Positions 18,104 to 27,597 of a stretch of DNA of 38,992 nt are shown in pieces. Origin of the DNA: Pedosphaera sp. Its GTDB lineage: Bacteria; Verrucomicrobiota; Verrucomicrobiia; Limisphaerales; SIBH01. Within the stretch, counting starts at the first letter, position 1; every line of letters starts with the position of its first letter. The stretch spans positions 1 through 38,992 of the forward strand of contig JANOQV010000051.1 in assembly GCA_031414955.1 (NCBI GenBank), read 5' to 3'. Position numbers and translations under genes: made by a program. Under the pieces are notes generated by a model that did no database searches, was not told the DNA's origin, and was given only the letters and a program-made list of their open reading frames with translations.

Positions 18104-19333
18104 TCAAACTTTGCCTCCCGGCCCTGCGGGTGCCTGAGTCCGAAGCGCGCTGGCGAGATATTCGTATTCCGCCATCGTGTTATAGATCTGAGCTGAGATA
18201 CGGCCGTAACGCCGTTCGTCTGCCCCAATCCGGCTGAAGGGGATTTCGATGCGGAACTCGTCGTAGAGCCGAAGCTGATCCGCATCAATCTTGCCGGAGC
18301 GCTGAATTCCATGAAAACGCGCCGGTAACGGGATGGTCGCGATGGCCCCGAGCAGGCTCTCGGGGCAGGGTGGTTCCACTTCGAGTCGCGCGCAGAGTAA
18401 TCGTCGCGCCTGCACCGCCAGGGCGTGGTTACGCTGGCGCAGTTCGGGCCAGCTACCCGGCAGGAGCGATCCCATCCAGCGGATCGCTTCGCCGACACAG
18501 AACCACGCACTCGGGTCGAAGGTGCCCGGCCAGTCGAATCGATCCTGAAATTCCGTGAATCCAGGCCGAGTCCGATTGTTGCCGTGGCTTATGACCGCAG
18601 GCTGCAGCTCTGGCTGCTTGTCCTCGCGGGCCCAAAGAAAAGCCGCACCTTTCGGCGCGCAGACCCACTTGTGCAGGTTGCCGGTGTAATAGGCCGGACG
18701 CAGCTTCGATAAATCCAGCGGCACCATGCCCGGGGCGTGCGCTCCGTCCACCAGCGTGTCCACTCCGCGCTTCTCCAGTTCGCCGACGAGCCGTGCCATC
18801 GGAAAAACCAGTGCCGTGTCGCTCGTCACATGATCGATCATCGCCAGACGCGTTCGCGGCGTGACGGCGCGCAGCACGGCTTCCATCACTTCATCCGCGT
18901 GGCGCAGCGGGAAGGGAACGACCGCCGTGACCAGCCTGGCCCCGGCGCGCTGCGCTGCCGCCACCAGCACATTGCGGCAGGCGTTGTAATCGAGGTTCGT
19001 GGTCAGCACTTCATCACCTCGCCGCAGTTGGAGCGAGCGCACCACGGCATTCGCTCCCGTCGTCGCATTGGTCACGAAGACGAGGTCGCGCGACTTTGCG
19101 CCCACGAACTTTGCCAGCGCCACGCGCGAAGGCTCCAGCCGTTCCTCATAGCGCCGCCACAGAAACTGCACCGGCTCCGCTTCCATCTCGCGGCGCAACT
19201 CCGCCTGCAACTTGAGGATCGGCTTCGGGCACGCGCCGAACGAGCCGTGGTTGAGGAACACCGTCCGGGGCTTGAGCGCCCAGTGCCGGCGAAAAGGGGA
19301 AGGCGCAGGCCGCGCCAAGGTTCGCTGCTTCAC
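18104..19333 (-). CDS. Class V PLP-dependent aminotransferase-fold enzyme (isopenicillin N epimerase / cysteine desulfhydrase-like)
   Basis: FLNHGSFGACP, FVTNATTG, VDGAHAPG, GNLHKW (PLP Lys), RISAQIYN; probable start GTG 19333. Confidence 0.88.
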   Translation of the reverse strand: MKQRTLARPAPSPFRRHWALKPRTVFLNHGSFGACPKPILKLQAELRREMEAEPVQFLWRRYEERLEPSRVALAKFVGAKSRDLVFVTNATTGANAVVRSLQLRRGDEVLTTNLDYNACRNVLVAAAQRAGARLVTAVVPFPLRHADEVMEAVLRAVTPRTRLAMIDHVTSDTALVFPMARLVGELEKRGVDTLVDGAHAPGMVPLDLSKLRPAYYTGNLHKWVCAPKGAAFLWAREDKQPELQPAVISHGNNRTRPGFTEFQDRFDWPGTFDPSAWFCVGEAIRWMGSLLPGSWPELRQRNHALAVQARRLLCARLEVEPPCPESLLGAIATIPLPARFHGIQRSGKIDADQLRLYDEFRIEIPFSRIGADERRYGRISAQIYNTMAEYEYLASALRTQAPAGPGGKV

Positions 19334-19413
19334 GCGGCGATTCTGAAGGCGGGGCCGTCTCGAGCGCAATCGCATGCTTGTCAGCCGCCGCGAGTTTGTT
19401 TCCACTCTCCTTC

Positions 19414-20226
19414 ATGTCCATATTCCTGAACCGGGCGGCGCTCGCGCTGCTATTGTCATTCACCCTGGCCCCCACCAATCTCCTCGGCGTGGAAATCATC
19501 GGACATCGTGGTGCCTCCGCCGACGCGCCCGAGAACACTCTCGCCGCCATGAATCTGGCGTGGGAGCAGGGCGCGGACGCCGTTGAGTTGGACCTGTGGC
19601 TCTCGAAGGATGGCAAGCTGATTGTCTTTCATGATGCGGACACCAAACGCTTCGAGTCGGTTTCGCGTCCGATCACCAGCCTGACCCTGGGCGAGGCCCG
19701 CAAGATTGACGTCGGCTCATGGAAGAGTGCGAAGTTCAAAGGCGAACCCATCCCCACCTTGGAATCGATTCTCGCGACCATTCCCAAGGGCCGTCGCATC
19801 GTCCTGGAGCTCAAGGATGGCCCGCACCTCGTTCCAGAATTGACCCGCGTGCTCCGCGCGTCCGGCGTCCCGGAGCGGCAACTTGTGGTCATCAGCTTCA
19901 AGTATGACTCGCTTGTCGCATCCAAAAAGGATTGGCCCAAGGTGGAGCATTACTTCCTCATGGATTACAAGCAGGACGCGAACACGAAGACATTCCCCGA
20001 GTTGAAGCCGCTCCTTGCGCGGGCCAGGTCCGCCGGCTTCGACGGTCTCAACCTGAACTTCAAATGGCCCATCACCAAAGCCTTCGCCGCCGAAGTCAAA
20101 GCCGCCGGCCTGAAGCTGTTCGTCTGGACCGTGGATGATGTCTCTGTCGCCCAACGCCTCAAGGACGCGGGCGTGGACGGCCTCACGACCAACCAACCGA
20201 AGTGGTTGCGTGATCAGTTGAAATAG
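19414..20226 (+). CDS. Glycerophosphodiester phosphodiesterase, secreted
   Basis: Signal peptide; IGHRGAS..APENTL, VELDLWLSKDG..IVFHD, VWTVD, GVDGLTTN. Confidence 0.93.
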   Translation: MSIFLNRAALALLLSFTLAPTNLLGVEIIGHRGASADAPENTLAAMNLAWEQGADAVELDLWLSKDGKLIVFHDADTKRFESVSRPITSLTLGEARKIDVGSWKSAKFKGEPIPTLESILATIPKGRRIVLELKDGPHLVPELTRVLRASGVPERQLVVISFKYDSLVASKKDWPKVEHYFLMDYKQDANTKTFPELKPLLARARSAGFDGLNLNFKWPITKAFAAEVKAAGLKLFVWTVDDVSVAQRLKDAGVDGLTTNQPKWLRDQLK

Positions 20227-20434
20227 CACCGGTGGTGGCGTCGAGGTCGCGTTGACGGCCGCGCGTCAGCCTCGCCCGGACAAACTTCTTCCAAGTTCGA
20301 TCAGCTTATAGCCGGACGGGACCGGAAGGACTGGTCACCATTGCGGGCCAACGTCAGTTCGTCCGCCTGCCTCAATTCAAGAATCCCTTGAAGTCGTTCC
20401 CGAATGTTGGCGTCCAGAATGGGCATCTGAACGC

Positions 20435-23116
20435 GTGAACACATTGATTGAGACTCTATTTACGAAATGCCGGTGGGTCAGGGCGATGGCTTTGCTGGCG
20501 GTTTCTCCGTTGCTCGCGGCGCAGGCCGACCTGAAACCCTTCCTGCAAAACCATTGCCTCGCGTGCCACGACGCCGAGGTGAAAAAGGGCGGGCTGGATT
20601 TGACGGCGCTGAAGTTCGACCTGGCCAACACCACGAATTTTTCCACCTGGGTCATGGTGCTTGACCGCGTCCGCGCCGGGGAGATGCCGCCGAAGAAAAA
20701 GGCGCGTCCCGAGGCGGCGGAGCTGCAGGCTTTCACGGATACGCTGGCGTCTTCGCTCGTCGCGGCGGAGCAGAAGCAACTGGCCGCCGAGGGGCGCGCG
20801 ACGCAGCGGCGGTTGAATCGCTACGAATACGAGAACGCGCTGCGGGATCTGTTGCACGCGCCGTGGCTCCAGATTCGCGACACGTTGCCCGAGGACGGCG
20901 AGGCGCATCGCTTCAACAAAATCGGCGACGCGCTGGACGTGTCACATGTGCAGATGGCGCGGTATCTCGGTGCGGCGGATTACGCCTTGCGCCAAGCGAT
21001 GGCCACGCAGGCCGAGGCACCAAAGTCGACTGTGCGGCGTTATTACGCGCGCGATCAGCGCAGCTACACCGGGCCGATGAAGTTCTCCGTGTTCAACACC
21101 GCGCCCGAGCGGGCCACGTTCCCGGTGCTCGGTTTCAAAGGGCAGCCCGAGGTGCGTTCCGGCAAGGAACCCATTACGAGCACGAATCCGGAACTGCGCG
21201 AACTGGAAGGCGTGGGCGTGGTGGCCAGCGCGTATGAGCCGATTGAACCGAAGTTCAACCAGTTTCGCGCCCCGGTCGCGGGCCGCTACAAGCTGCGCTT
21301 CAACGCCTACACCGTCTGGGTCGGGCCGGGGCCGACCAACAAGTGGTTCATTCCCGATCTCGACAACATTGCGCGCGGGCGTCGCGATGAACCCATCACG
21401 ATCACGGCCGAGACGCCGCCGCGGCTCTTGCGCAAGCTGGGCGAGTTCGATGCCACGCCTGAACCGGCTGTGCATGAACTGGACGTGTGGCTGCTGGCCG
21501 GCGAGATGATTCGTCCGGACGCGGGGCGACTGTTCCGGTCACGACCTGGGGCGGGCCGCTGGCAAAATCCACTGGCGGAAAAGGACGGCCAGCCCGGCGT
21601 GGTGTTCCGCTGGCTGGAAGTGGAGGGGCCGATTTACGAGCTGTGGCCCACGGCGGGGCACAAGCTGTTGTTCGGCAACCTGCCGATGGTCACGCGCACG
21701 GTGGAAACCAACGCGATGGTCCGGCCACGGCGAAGATTTGAGAACACCAATCGTGTGGATCAGGCGGGCGAGACCAACCGTCCGCGATTTGAACGATTCG
21801 TTCCCGCGCCCGGCGTCGAGATTGTTTCCAAGAAACCGATGCGCGAGGCCGAGCCGTTGATGCGTGAGTTCCTAAGTCATGCTTATCGCCGTACGGCGAA
21901 CGAAGCCGATGTGAAGCGCTTCCTGCCGGTCGTTCAAGCCGCGTTGAAGAAGGGGAACAATTTCACGGACTCGATGATTGCCGCCTACACGGCAGTGCTG
22001 TGCTCGCCGGAGTTCGTCTGTTTGGAAGAGAAGCCGGGGCGGCTCAACGATCATGCACTGGCCGCGCGCTTGTCCTTCTTCCTCTGGAACTCGGCGCCTG
22101 ATGACGAACTGCGGCGGCTCGCGGATCGGAAGGAACTGCATCTGCCCGAAGTGCTGCGCGCGCAGACCGAGCGCTTGTTGAGTAGCCCGAAGTCGCGGGA
22201 GTTTGTGAACGCGTTTCTCGATTACTGGCTCGACCTGCGGAGAATGCTCGCCACCGCGCCTGACTCGGGCCTTTACCCGGACTATTACCTCGACGACCTG
22301 CTCACCGAATCAGCGCTGGAGGAGACGCAACAATTCTTCGTCGAGTTGCTGCGGGCGGATTTGCCGGCGCGCAATCTGGTTTCCTCTGACTTCGCGATGC
22401 TCAACGAGAAGCTGGCCGCGCATTACAAGCTGCCGCCGGTGCAGGGCGTGGCCGTGCGTCGCGTCGCCTTGCCGAAGGACAGCGTGCGCGGCGGGCTGAT
22501 GACACAGGCCGCCGTGTTGAAGGTGACGGCCAATGGCACGACCACTTCACCCGTGCTGCGCGGGGCGTGGATCATGGAGCGCATCCTCGGCCAGAAACCG
22601 CCTCCACCTCCGCCGAGCGTGCCGGCCGTGGAGCCGGACATTCGTGGCGCGGTCACGATTCGCCAGCAGCTCGACAAGCATCGCAATTTGGAAAGCTGCG
22701 CCGCCTGCCATACGAAAATTGATCCGCCGGGTTTCGCGTTGGAGAGCTTCGATGTCATGGGTGGCTGGCGCGACCACTACCGGGCCAACGGCGAGGGCGT
22801 GCCGGAGAAAGGTCTCGCCAAGAGCGGGCAGAAGTTCGCCTTTCACAAGGGACTGCCGGTGGATGCCAGCGGCGAGCTACGCGACGGAAGAAAGTTCCGT
22901 GACATCCGCGAGTTCAAACAACTGCTGTTGGGCGACGAGCAACAGTTGGCCCGCAATCTTGTGCAGCAAATCACGGTGTATGCGACCGGCAGCCCGATTC
23001 GTTTCAGCGACCGTGCGACGATTGATAAGATGCTGGCGCGCACCCGGGCCAATGATTACGGCGCGCGTTCACTGGTGCATGAAATTGTTCAGAGCGAGTT
23101 GTTCCTGAACAAGTGA
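20435..23116 (+). CDS. DUF1592-family planctomycete-type cytochrome c domain protein (second copy)
   Basis: CLACH, GEMPP, RRLNRYEYEN, LAARLSFFLWNSAPDDEL, ANGTTTSPVLRG, CAACH..IDPPGFALESFD, IVQSELFLNK. Alternative start ATG 20486. Confidence 0.92.
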   Translation: MNTLIETLFTKCRWVRAMALLAVSPLLAAQADLKPFLQNHCLACHDAEVKKGGLDLTALKFDLANTTNFSTWVMVLDRVRAGEMPPKKKARPEAAELQAFTDTLASSLVAAEQKQLAAEGRATQRRLNRYEYENALRDLLHAPWLQIRDTLPEDGEAHRFNKIGDALDVSHVQMARYLGAADYALRQAMATQAEAPKSTVRRYYARDQRSYTGPMKFSVFNTAPERATFPVLGFKGQPEVRSGKEPITSTNPELRELEGVGVVASAYEPIEPKFNQFRAPVAGRYKLRFNAYTVWVGPGPTNKWFIPDLDNIARGRRDEPITITAETPPRLLRKLGEFDATPEPAVHELDVWLLAGEMIRPDAGRLFRSRPGAGRWQNPLAEKDGQPGVVFRWLEVEGPIYELWPTAGHKLLFGNLPMVTRTVETNAMVRPRRRFENTNRVDQAGETNRPRFERFVPAPGVEIVSKKPMREAEPLMREFLSHAYRRTANEADVKRFLPVVQAALKKGNNFTDSMIAAYTAVLCSPEFVCLEEKPGRLNDHALAARLSFFLWNSAPDDELRRLADRKELHLPEVLRAQTERLLSSPKSREFVNAFLDYWLDLRRMLATAPDSGLYPDYYLDDLLTESALEETQQFFVELLRADLPARNLVSSDFAMLNEKLAAHYKLPPVQGVAVRRVALPKDSVRGGLMTQAAVLKVTANGTTTSPVLRGAWIMERILGQKPPPPPPSVPAVEPDIRGAVTIRQQLDKHRNLESCAACHTKIDPPGFALESFDVMGGWRDHYRANGEGVPEKGLAKSGQKFAFHKGLPVDASGELRDGRKFRDIREFKQLLLGDEQQLARNLVQQITVYATGSPIRFSDRATIDKMLARTRANDYGARSLVHEIVQSELFLNK

Positions 23117-23123
23117 TTCCGAT

Positions 23124-23149
23124 GGAGCGCGGCCTTCAGGCCGCGCTCC
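23124..23149. terminator. Perfect GC-rich hairpin between convergent genes (REP-like or bidirectional terminator)
   Basis: GGAGCGCGGCC-TTCA-GGCCGCGCTCC, 11-bp perfect stem; no U tract. Confidence 0.55.
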
Positions 23150-23151
23150 CC

Positions 23152-24054
23152 TCACGTTCGTCTCCCCGTCTTCGGCATGGCGCGCAGCAGCTTCGCGAAA
23201 CGTTCGGAGGCCGGGCAGAGCTTGCGCTTCTCATAGGCCGCCCCCACTAACAGCGGCTCCGGCGCAGGCCGCAATTCCAGCACTCGCAGTCGCGGCCCGG
23301 CCAAACATGCGAGTGACGACGGCACGATGGCGATGCCGTGCTTTGCTTCCACCGCCGCGATCAAACTGGTGGCGCTGTCATGCTCCTCGGCGATGCGCGG
23401 GACGCCGCCGGCCGGCGCGAAGAGTTCCGCGATCATTTCGTGATATTCGGGATACTCGGCGCGGGAGTAGGCGACGAGCGGCTCGCTGACGAGTTGGCGC
23501 AACTCGACTGTCTTGCCGCGGGCCAGCTTGTGATCCTTCGGCAGGGCGGCGCAGATCGGGTAGCGGCACAATTCCTCGAAGACCAGGCCGTGCAGTTGCT
23601 TTGGTCCCGGCTTCACCATCAAGGCCACGTGCAGTTTGCCGCTGTTCAGGCCGCGCAACATTTCTCCCGTGGTCATGTCGTGCAACACCACGCGCACGCC
23701 GGGCGCTTCGCTCTGATACGCGTGCAGAATGCGCGGCAGCAGTTCCACAGTTGGCGAGGGCGCGTAACCGAGATGCAGTTCGCCACGCACACCTTCCGCG
23801 AAAGCGCGGGCCACGCGCGCGGCTTCCTCGGCGCGTTGCAACACGGCCTTGGCCTCGATCACGAAAGCTTCGCCGGCGGCGGTCAGGGACGCGCCGCGTG
23901 AACTGCGCTGCAACAGTTGCGCCCCCAGTTCGTCTTCCAGATCTTTGATCTGCCGGCCCAGCGCGGGCTGGGCCACGCGCAGCTTTTGCGCGGCCTGGGT
24001 AAAGTTCTGCTTCTCCGCCACGGCGAGGAAATAACGAAGGTGTCTCAGTTCCAC
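23152..24054 (-). CDS. LysR-family transcriptional regulator (BenM/CatR/AlsR-like)
   Basis: MELRHLRYFLAVAE..NFTQAA..LRVAQPALGRQIKDLEDELG HTH; divergent from pirin. Confidence 0.95.
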   Translation of the reverse strand: MELRHLRYFLAVAEKQNFTQAAQKLRVAQPALGRQIKDLEDELGAQLLQRSSRGASLTAAGEAFVIEAKAVLQRAEEAARVARAFAEGVRGELHLGYAPSPTVELLPRILHAYQSEAPGVRVVLHDMTTGEMLRGLNSGKLHVALMVKPGPKQLHGLVFEELCRYPICAALPKDHKLARGKTVELRQLVSEPLVAYSRAEYPEYHEMIAELFAPAGGVPRIAEEHDSATSLIAAVEAKHGIAIVPSSLACLAGPRLRVLELRPAPEPLLVGAAYEKRKLCPASERFAKLLRAMPKTGRRT

Positions 24055-24064
24055 GCGGTGGACT

Positions 24065-24079
24065 ATGCCTTAAAGGCAT
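24065..24079. promoter_or_regulatory. LysR recognition site (T-N11-A dyad)
   Basis: ATGCCT-TAA-AGGCAT dyad 10 nt upstream of the lysR GTG in the divergent intergenic region. Confidence 0.75.
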
Positions 24080-24187
24080 CGCTGCGCGAGGATCAAAGTA
24101 TTGGGCGCAGCGAGCGGCCCGCGTTAAATCAGAGGCGTGAAATGAGCCGGCTCACGAAGAGTCGGACGAAGAGAGAAAGAGAAAAAT

Positions 24188-24883
24188 ATGATGACGATTC
24201 GGCGCTCAGATGAACGAGGGAAGGCCAACCACGGCTGGCTCGATACGCGATTCACCTTTTCCTTCGCGGACTACCATGACCCGAAGTACATGGGCTTTCG
24301 CAGCCTGCGCGTCATCAACGACGACACGATTTCGGCGGGCGGCGGCTTCGGGATGCATCCGCATCGCGACATGGAGATTATCACCGTGGTGCTTGATGGT
24401 GCGCTGGAGCACAAGGACTCGATGGGCAACGGGAGTGTCATTCGGCCGGGTTCGGTGCAATACATGGCCGCCGGCTCGGGTGTGACCCACAGCGAGTTCA
24501 ACCCGTCGGAGACAGATTCGGCGCATCTGTTGCAGATCTGGATTCTGCCTGACCGCCGGGGCGCGAAGCCGAACTACGCCGAGCGGTCTTTCGACAAGGC
24601 CCCGGTGGGCAAACTGAACCTGGTGGCGTCGAAGTCCGGTCGCGATGGCTCCATCGCCATCAATCAGGATGCGGACTTGTTCGTGGCGAAGTTCGAAGGT
24701 GGTGAGAGCGTGTCGCACGCGCTGCGGCCGAATCGCCACGCGTGGTTGCACGTCGCCGAGGGCGAGTTGACTGTCAACGGCTTGAGCCTGACCACTGGTG
24801 ATGGCGTGGCGGTGAGCGAGGAGAAGGAACTCAAGATTGCGGCCTCGAAGTCGGGACAGGTGCTGTTGTTCGACATGAACTGA
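24188..24883 (+). CDS. Pirin family protein (YhhW/quercetin dioxygenase-like)
   Basis: HGWLDTRFTFSFADY, LRVINDD, GFGMHPHRDMEI, HKDSMGN, AGSGVTHSEFN, LQIWI. Confidence 0.95.
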   Translation: MMTIRRSDERGKANHGWLDTRFTFSFADYHDPKYMGFRSLRVINDDTISAGGGFGMHPHRDMEIITVVLDGALEHKDSMGNGSVIRPGSVQYMAAGSGVTHSEFNPSETDSAHLLQIWILPDRRGAKPNYAERSFDKAPVGKLNLVASKSGRDGSIAINQDADLFVAKFEGGESVSHALRPNRHAWLHVAEGELTVNGLSLTTGDGVAVSEEKELKIAASKSGQVLLFDMN

Positions 24884-24903
24884 ACTTTCAATCGACGCAC
24901 GCC

Positions 24904-25170
24904 ATGAAAAAGTTGCTTCGCATTATCGCCGTCGCCGTAGCGCTCGCCGCGACGGCGACCTGGCTCGCCACCGGCGCCAATCGCGGCTGGACCAAGACCA
25001 GCGTGGAGAAGAAGACGGTCGATGAAGTCACTGGCCTTGAGGGTATCACTTACGACAAGCGCTTTGTGCCGGGGTTGGATTTCCTCGGCGGCGCTCTTCT
25101 TGGCGCTGGCGTTCTCGGCAGCGTTTCATTCTTATTTCGCAGCAAATCAACCAACAACCAATCGCACTGA
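24904..25170 (+). CDS. Small two-TM hypothetical membrane protein
   Basis: 88 aa; two hydrophobic helices flank the loop GANRGWTKTSV...DEVTGL...FVPGLDFL; co-oriented between pirin and yceI with 20- and 6-nt gaps. Confidence 0.75.
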   Translation: MKKLLRIIAVAVALAATATWLATGANRGWTKTSVEKKTVDEVTGLEGITYDKRFVPGLDFLGGALLGAGVLGSVSFLFRSKSTNNQSH

Positions 25171-25176
25171 TAAAAT

Positions 25177-25788
25177 ATGAAAACCAAAGTCCTCAGCCTG
25201 TTCACCATCGCCGTCTTGACCGCTGTCGCGTCGGCGGCACCACAAGCCTTCAACTTCAAAGACCCGAAAGGCGTGAACAACGCCGTGTTCAAACTGGATG
25301 CGCCCCTCGAAGCCATCAACGGCAGTGCCAATGGCATCAGCGGCACCGTCACGTTTGATCCGGCGGATCCCAGCGCGACCAAGGGCAAGATTGTCATCGC
25401 TACCTCCTCCTTGCACCTGCCGAACCCGACGATGAAGGAGCACATGCTCGGAAACCAATGGCTTGATGCGGAGGCAAACAAGGAAATCACCTTCGAGGCC
25501 AAGTCGCTCGCCAACGTGAAGACGACCGGCGACAACACTTCGGCGGATGTTTCGGGCACGCTGACCATCAAGGGCGTGGCCAAGGAAGTCACGGCGCCGG
25601 TGAAGTTCACCTACCTGAAGGACAAGCTGGCCCTGCGCGTGCCGAACCAGAAGGGCGACTTGCTGGTTATCCGCGCCAATTTTTCGATCAAGCGCGGCGA
25701 CTTCGGAATCAATCCCAAGGCGCCCACGGATAAAGTGGCCGACACCATTGACCTGACGCTCAGCATCGCCGGCGCGTCCCCGCAGTGA
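25177..25788 (+). CDS. YceI-family periplasmic lipid/polyisoprenoid-binding protein
   Basis: Signal peptide; HMLGNQWLDA...EITF, GTLTIKGVAKEV, FSIKRGDFGI. Confidence 0.9.
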   Translation: MKTKVLSLFTIAVLTAVASAAPQAFNFKDPKGVNNAVFKLDAPLEAINGSANGISGTVTFDPADPSATKGKIVIATSSLHLPNPTMKEHMLGNQWLDAEANKEITFEAKSLANVKTTGDNTSADVSGTLTIKGVAKEVTAPVKFTYLKDKLALRVPNQKGDLLVIRANFSIKRGDFGINPKAPTDKVADTIDLTLSIAGASPQ

Positions 25789-25819
25789 TTCAGATTGCGA
25801 GTGGGAAGTGCCGGGTGGG

Positions 25820-27427
25820 TCAGTCCAGCCCGTACTTCTCGATCCACGCCTGGGGCAGGGTGCCGAAGCTCAAGAGCCAGTCGTTGAACTGGCGCAGTGA
25901 CCAGCCCCGGCCTTTGACCAGCCGCCGGTGCAGTCGCTCGTTCTCAAGGCGTCCGAGCCAGTAGCTCATCGGTATGGTGGGCGAGCCGGTGTACCAGTTC
26001 ACATCCGCCTCGGCGCGCGCGCGGGTGAAGCCGAGATGCTTTTGCAAGTGCCGCACGCCGGACTCGTAACTGTAGCGTCCCGTTTGCAGGCGCAGATCGA
26101 TGAGGATGCGGTGGGCGCGCCAGAGGGCGTCGTGCAGTTGCTGCACGCGCAGCCACGGCGAACGGTCCACGCGCAGATCGACCATCATCTGCTCGCACCA
26201 GAGCGTCCAGCCTTCGTAGAAAACGGCGTGGGCAAACAACCGCCGCCAGCGTCGCGGGTGGCGGTTCGCCGTCACGAACTGGAGGTGATGCCCCGGATAC
26301 GCCTCGTGCGCGCAGGTCAGGCTCAACCCGAAATGCTGTTGCCGCTCGGTCAGCTTCTCGGCCTCGGTCTTCTTCGTCACGCTCAGGTCGTTCACCCAGA
26401 AGATGCCGCGCTGCCGTTTCTCGAAAGCGCCCGGCGATGAGTAGGCCGCCGTCGGAAAAAGATGGCGCATGAAGTCGGGCACGGGCCGCACCTCGAGCGA
26501 TTCGGCCTCGGGAAAAGTCACGGCTTGGGCCGCGCGGAAAGCCTGGGCCACGCGCTTCGTTTCGCGACCATACAGGCCGAGCAGATCGCCGCCCGGATTC
26601 CATTCGCGCCGGGCCTGGTCGATGATCTGTTCCGGCTTGGCCGCACGTCCGAAGGGCCGGCACGCCACCTTCAGCAGGCCGTTGAGGCGCTCAATCTCCC
26701 CCTGGGCGAGCGCTTCAATTGCGCCGAGCGAATAGTCGAGCCCGAGCTGGTCGCGCACGCGCCGCTGCATGGTTTCCGCACCGAGGGCAAACGAGCCGGC
26801 GGGCGCATCCCGGCGGGCGCAGACTTTCCCGCGATACCGTTCGACAGATTGACGAGCGATCCGAATGAGCACCGCGTCTTCACTTCCAGCAGGTGTCGAT
26901 TTCAGAAACGTGCTCAGGGCGTCAAACAACGCCGGCGCACCCTCGGCCGTTTGCTCCATGATGCACCGCCACACGCGCTCTGGATTGGTCACGAGCGCCG
27001 CGGCTTCTTCCAGGTAGCGCGGCGTGGCGCGCAGCAGGCCCCGGAGGTTCGCCGTCGCCCGGCGCGGCTCATCCGCGCCCCGCTGCAATTCATGCAGGAG
27101 AATTCCCAGCAGCGAGTCGAGGGCGTCCGGATCGAGCGTGTGCCGGCCGCGCGAGAAATCCTCCGATTCGCCCAGCAGTTCGCTGCGCAGCGCCAGCCGG
27201 TCCAGTTGCTGTTCGTTGGAAAGGAGCCGTGGGGAAATTTCATCGAGAGCGGTCAATGTGGTCCGGCGTTTGCGCTCCCAACGCTCCTCATGGCGCAGGT
27301 CGGCGTGGCCCAGCTTGCCTTCGCCGTCTTTCAGGCCCGCGCAGGTCGCGGCCATAGGATTCTCCGCCAGGGACGACTCGAAGTATTCGTCCAGCAATCC
27401 CTCGAACTTGGCGCGCTCTCGTTTCAT
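25820..27427 (-). CDS. DUF885 family protein (putative zincin-like metallopeptidase)
   Basis: AHEAYPGHHLQ, FYEGWTLWCE, LWRAHRILID, SYWLG, LLSFGTLP; start moved to ATG 27427. Confidence 0.88.
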   Translation of the reverse strand: MKRERAKFEGLLDEYFESSLAENPMAATCAGLKDGEGKLGHADLRHEERWERKRRTTLTALDEISPRLLSNEQQLDRLALRSELLGESEDFSRGRHTLDPDALDSLLGILLHELQRGADEPRRATANLRGLLRATPRYLEEAAALVTNPERVWRCIMEQTAEGAPALFDALSTFLKSTPAGSEDAVLIRIARQSVERYRGKVCARRDAPAGSFALGAETMQRRVRDQLGLDYSLGAIEALAQGEIERLNGLLKVACRPFGRAAKPEQIIDQARREWNPGGDLLGLYGRETKRVAQAFRAAQAVTFPEAESLEVRPVPDFMRHLFPTAAYSSPGAFEKRQRGIFWVNDLSVTKKTEAEKLTERQQHFGLSLTCAHEAYPGHHLQFVTANRHPRRWRRLFAHAVFYEGWTLWCEQMMVDLRVDRSPWLRVQQLHDALWRAHRILIDLRLQTGRYSYESGVRHLQKHLGFTRARAEADVNWYTGSPTIPMSYWLGRLENERLHRRLVKGRGWSLRQFNDWLLSFGTLPQAWIEKYGLD

Positions 27428-27541
27428 GGGGCGAGAGCAAGCCACGGCGCGGCGGCGGGGGCAAGCGTGGGTGTGGCGAGCGGTACGACTGGAACTGAGA
27501 GGCATCTTTCGTGACCGCGCCGGGCCGGTTCGACACCAATG

Positions 27542-27575
27542 AAAAGACCCGCCCTCCTCGCGCGGAGAGCGGGCC
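27542..27575 (-). terminator. Rho-independent terminator of the beta-propeller gene
   Basis: Minus strand GGCCCGCTCTCC-GCGCGA-GGAGGGCGGGTC followed by TTTT, 22 nt after the stop. Confidence 0.7.
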
Positions 27576-27597
27576 GATGAAAAAACCATGCTCCGGA

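Noticed and set aside
18104..19333. Beta-lactam biosynthesis implied by the isopenicillin N epimerase-like gene
   Set aside because: No pcbAB/pcbC/cefE neighbours; this PLP family is widespread and often acts in cysteine or C-S lyase chemistry.
20227..20434. Possible gene remnant or ncRNA between the GDPD and DUF1592 genes
   Set aside because: No convincing reading frame, motif or stable structure could be identified.
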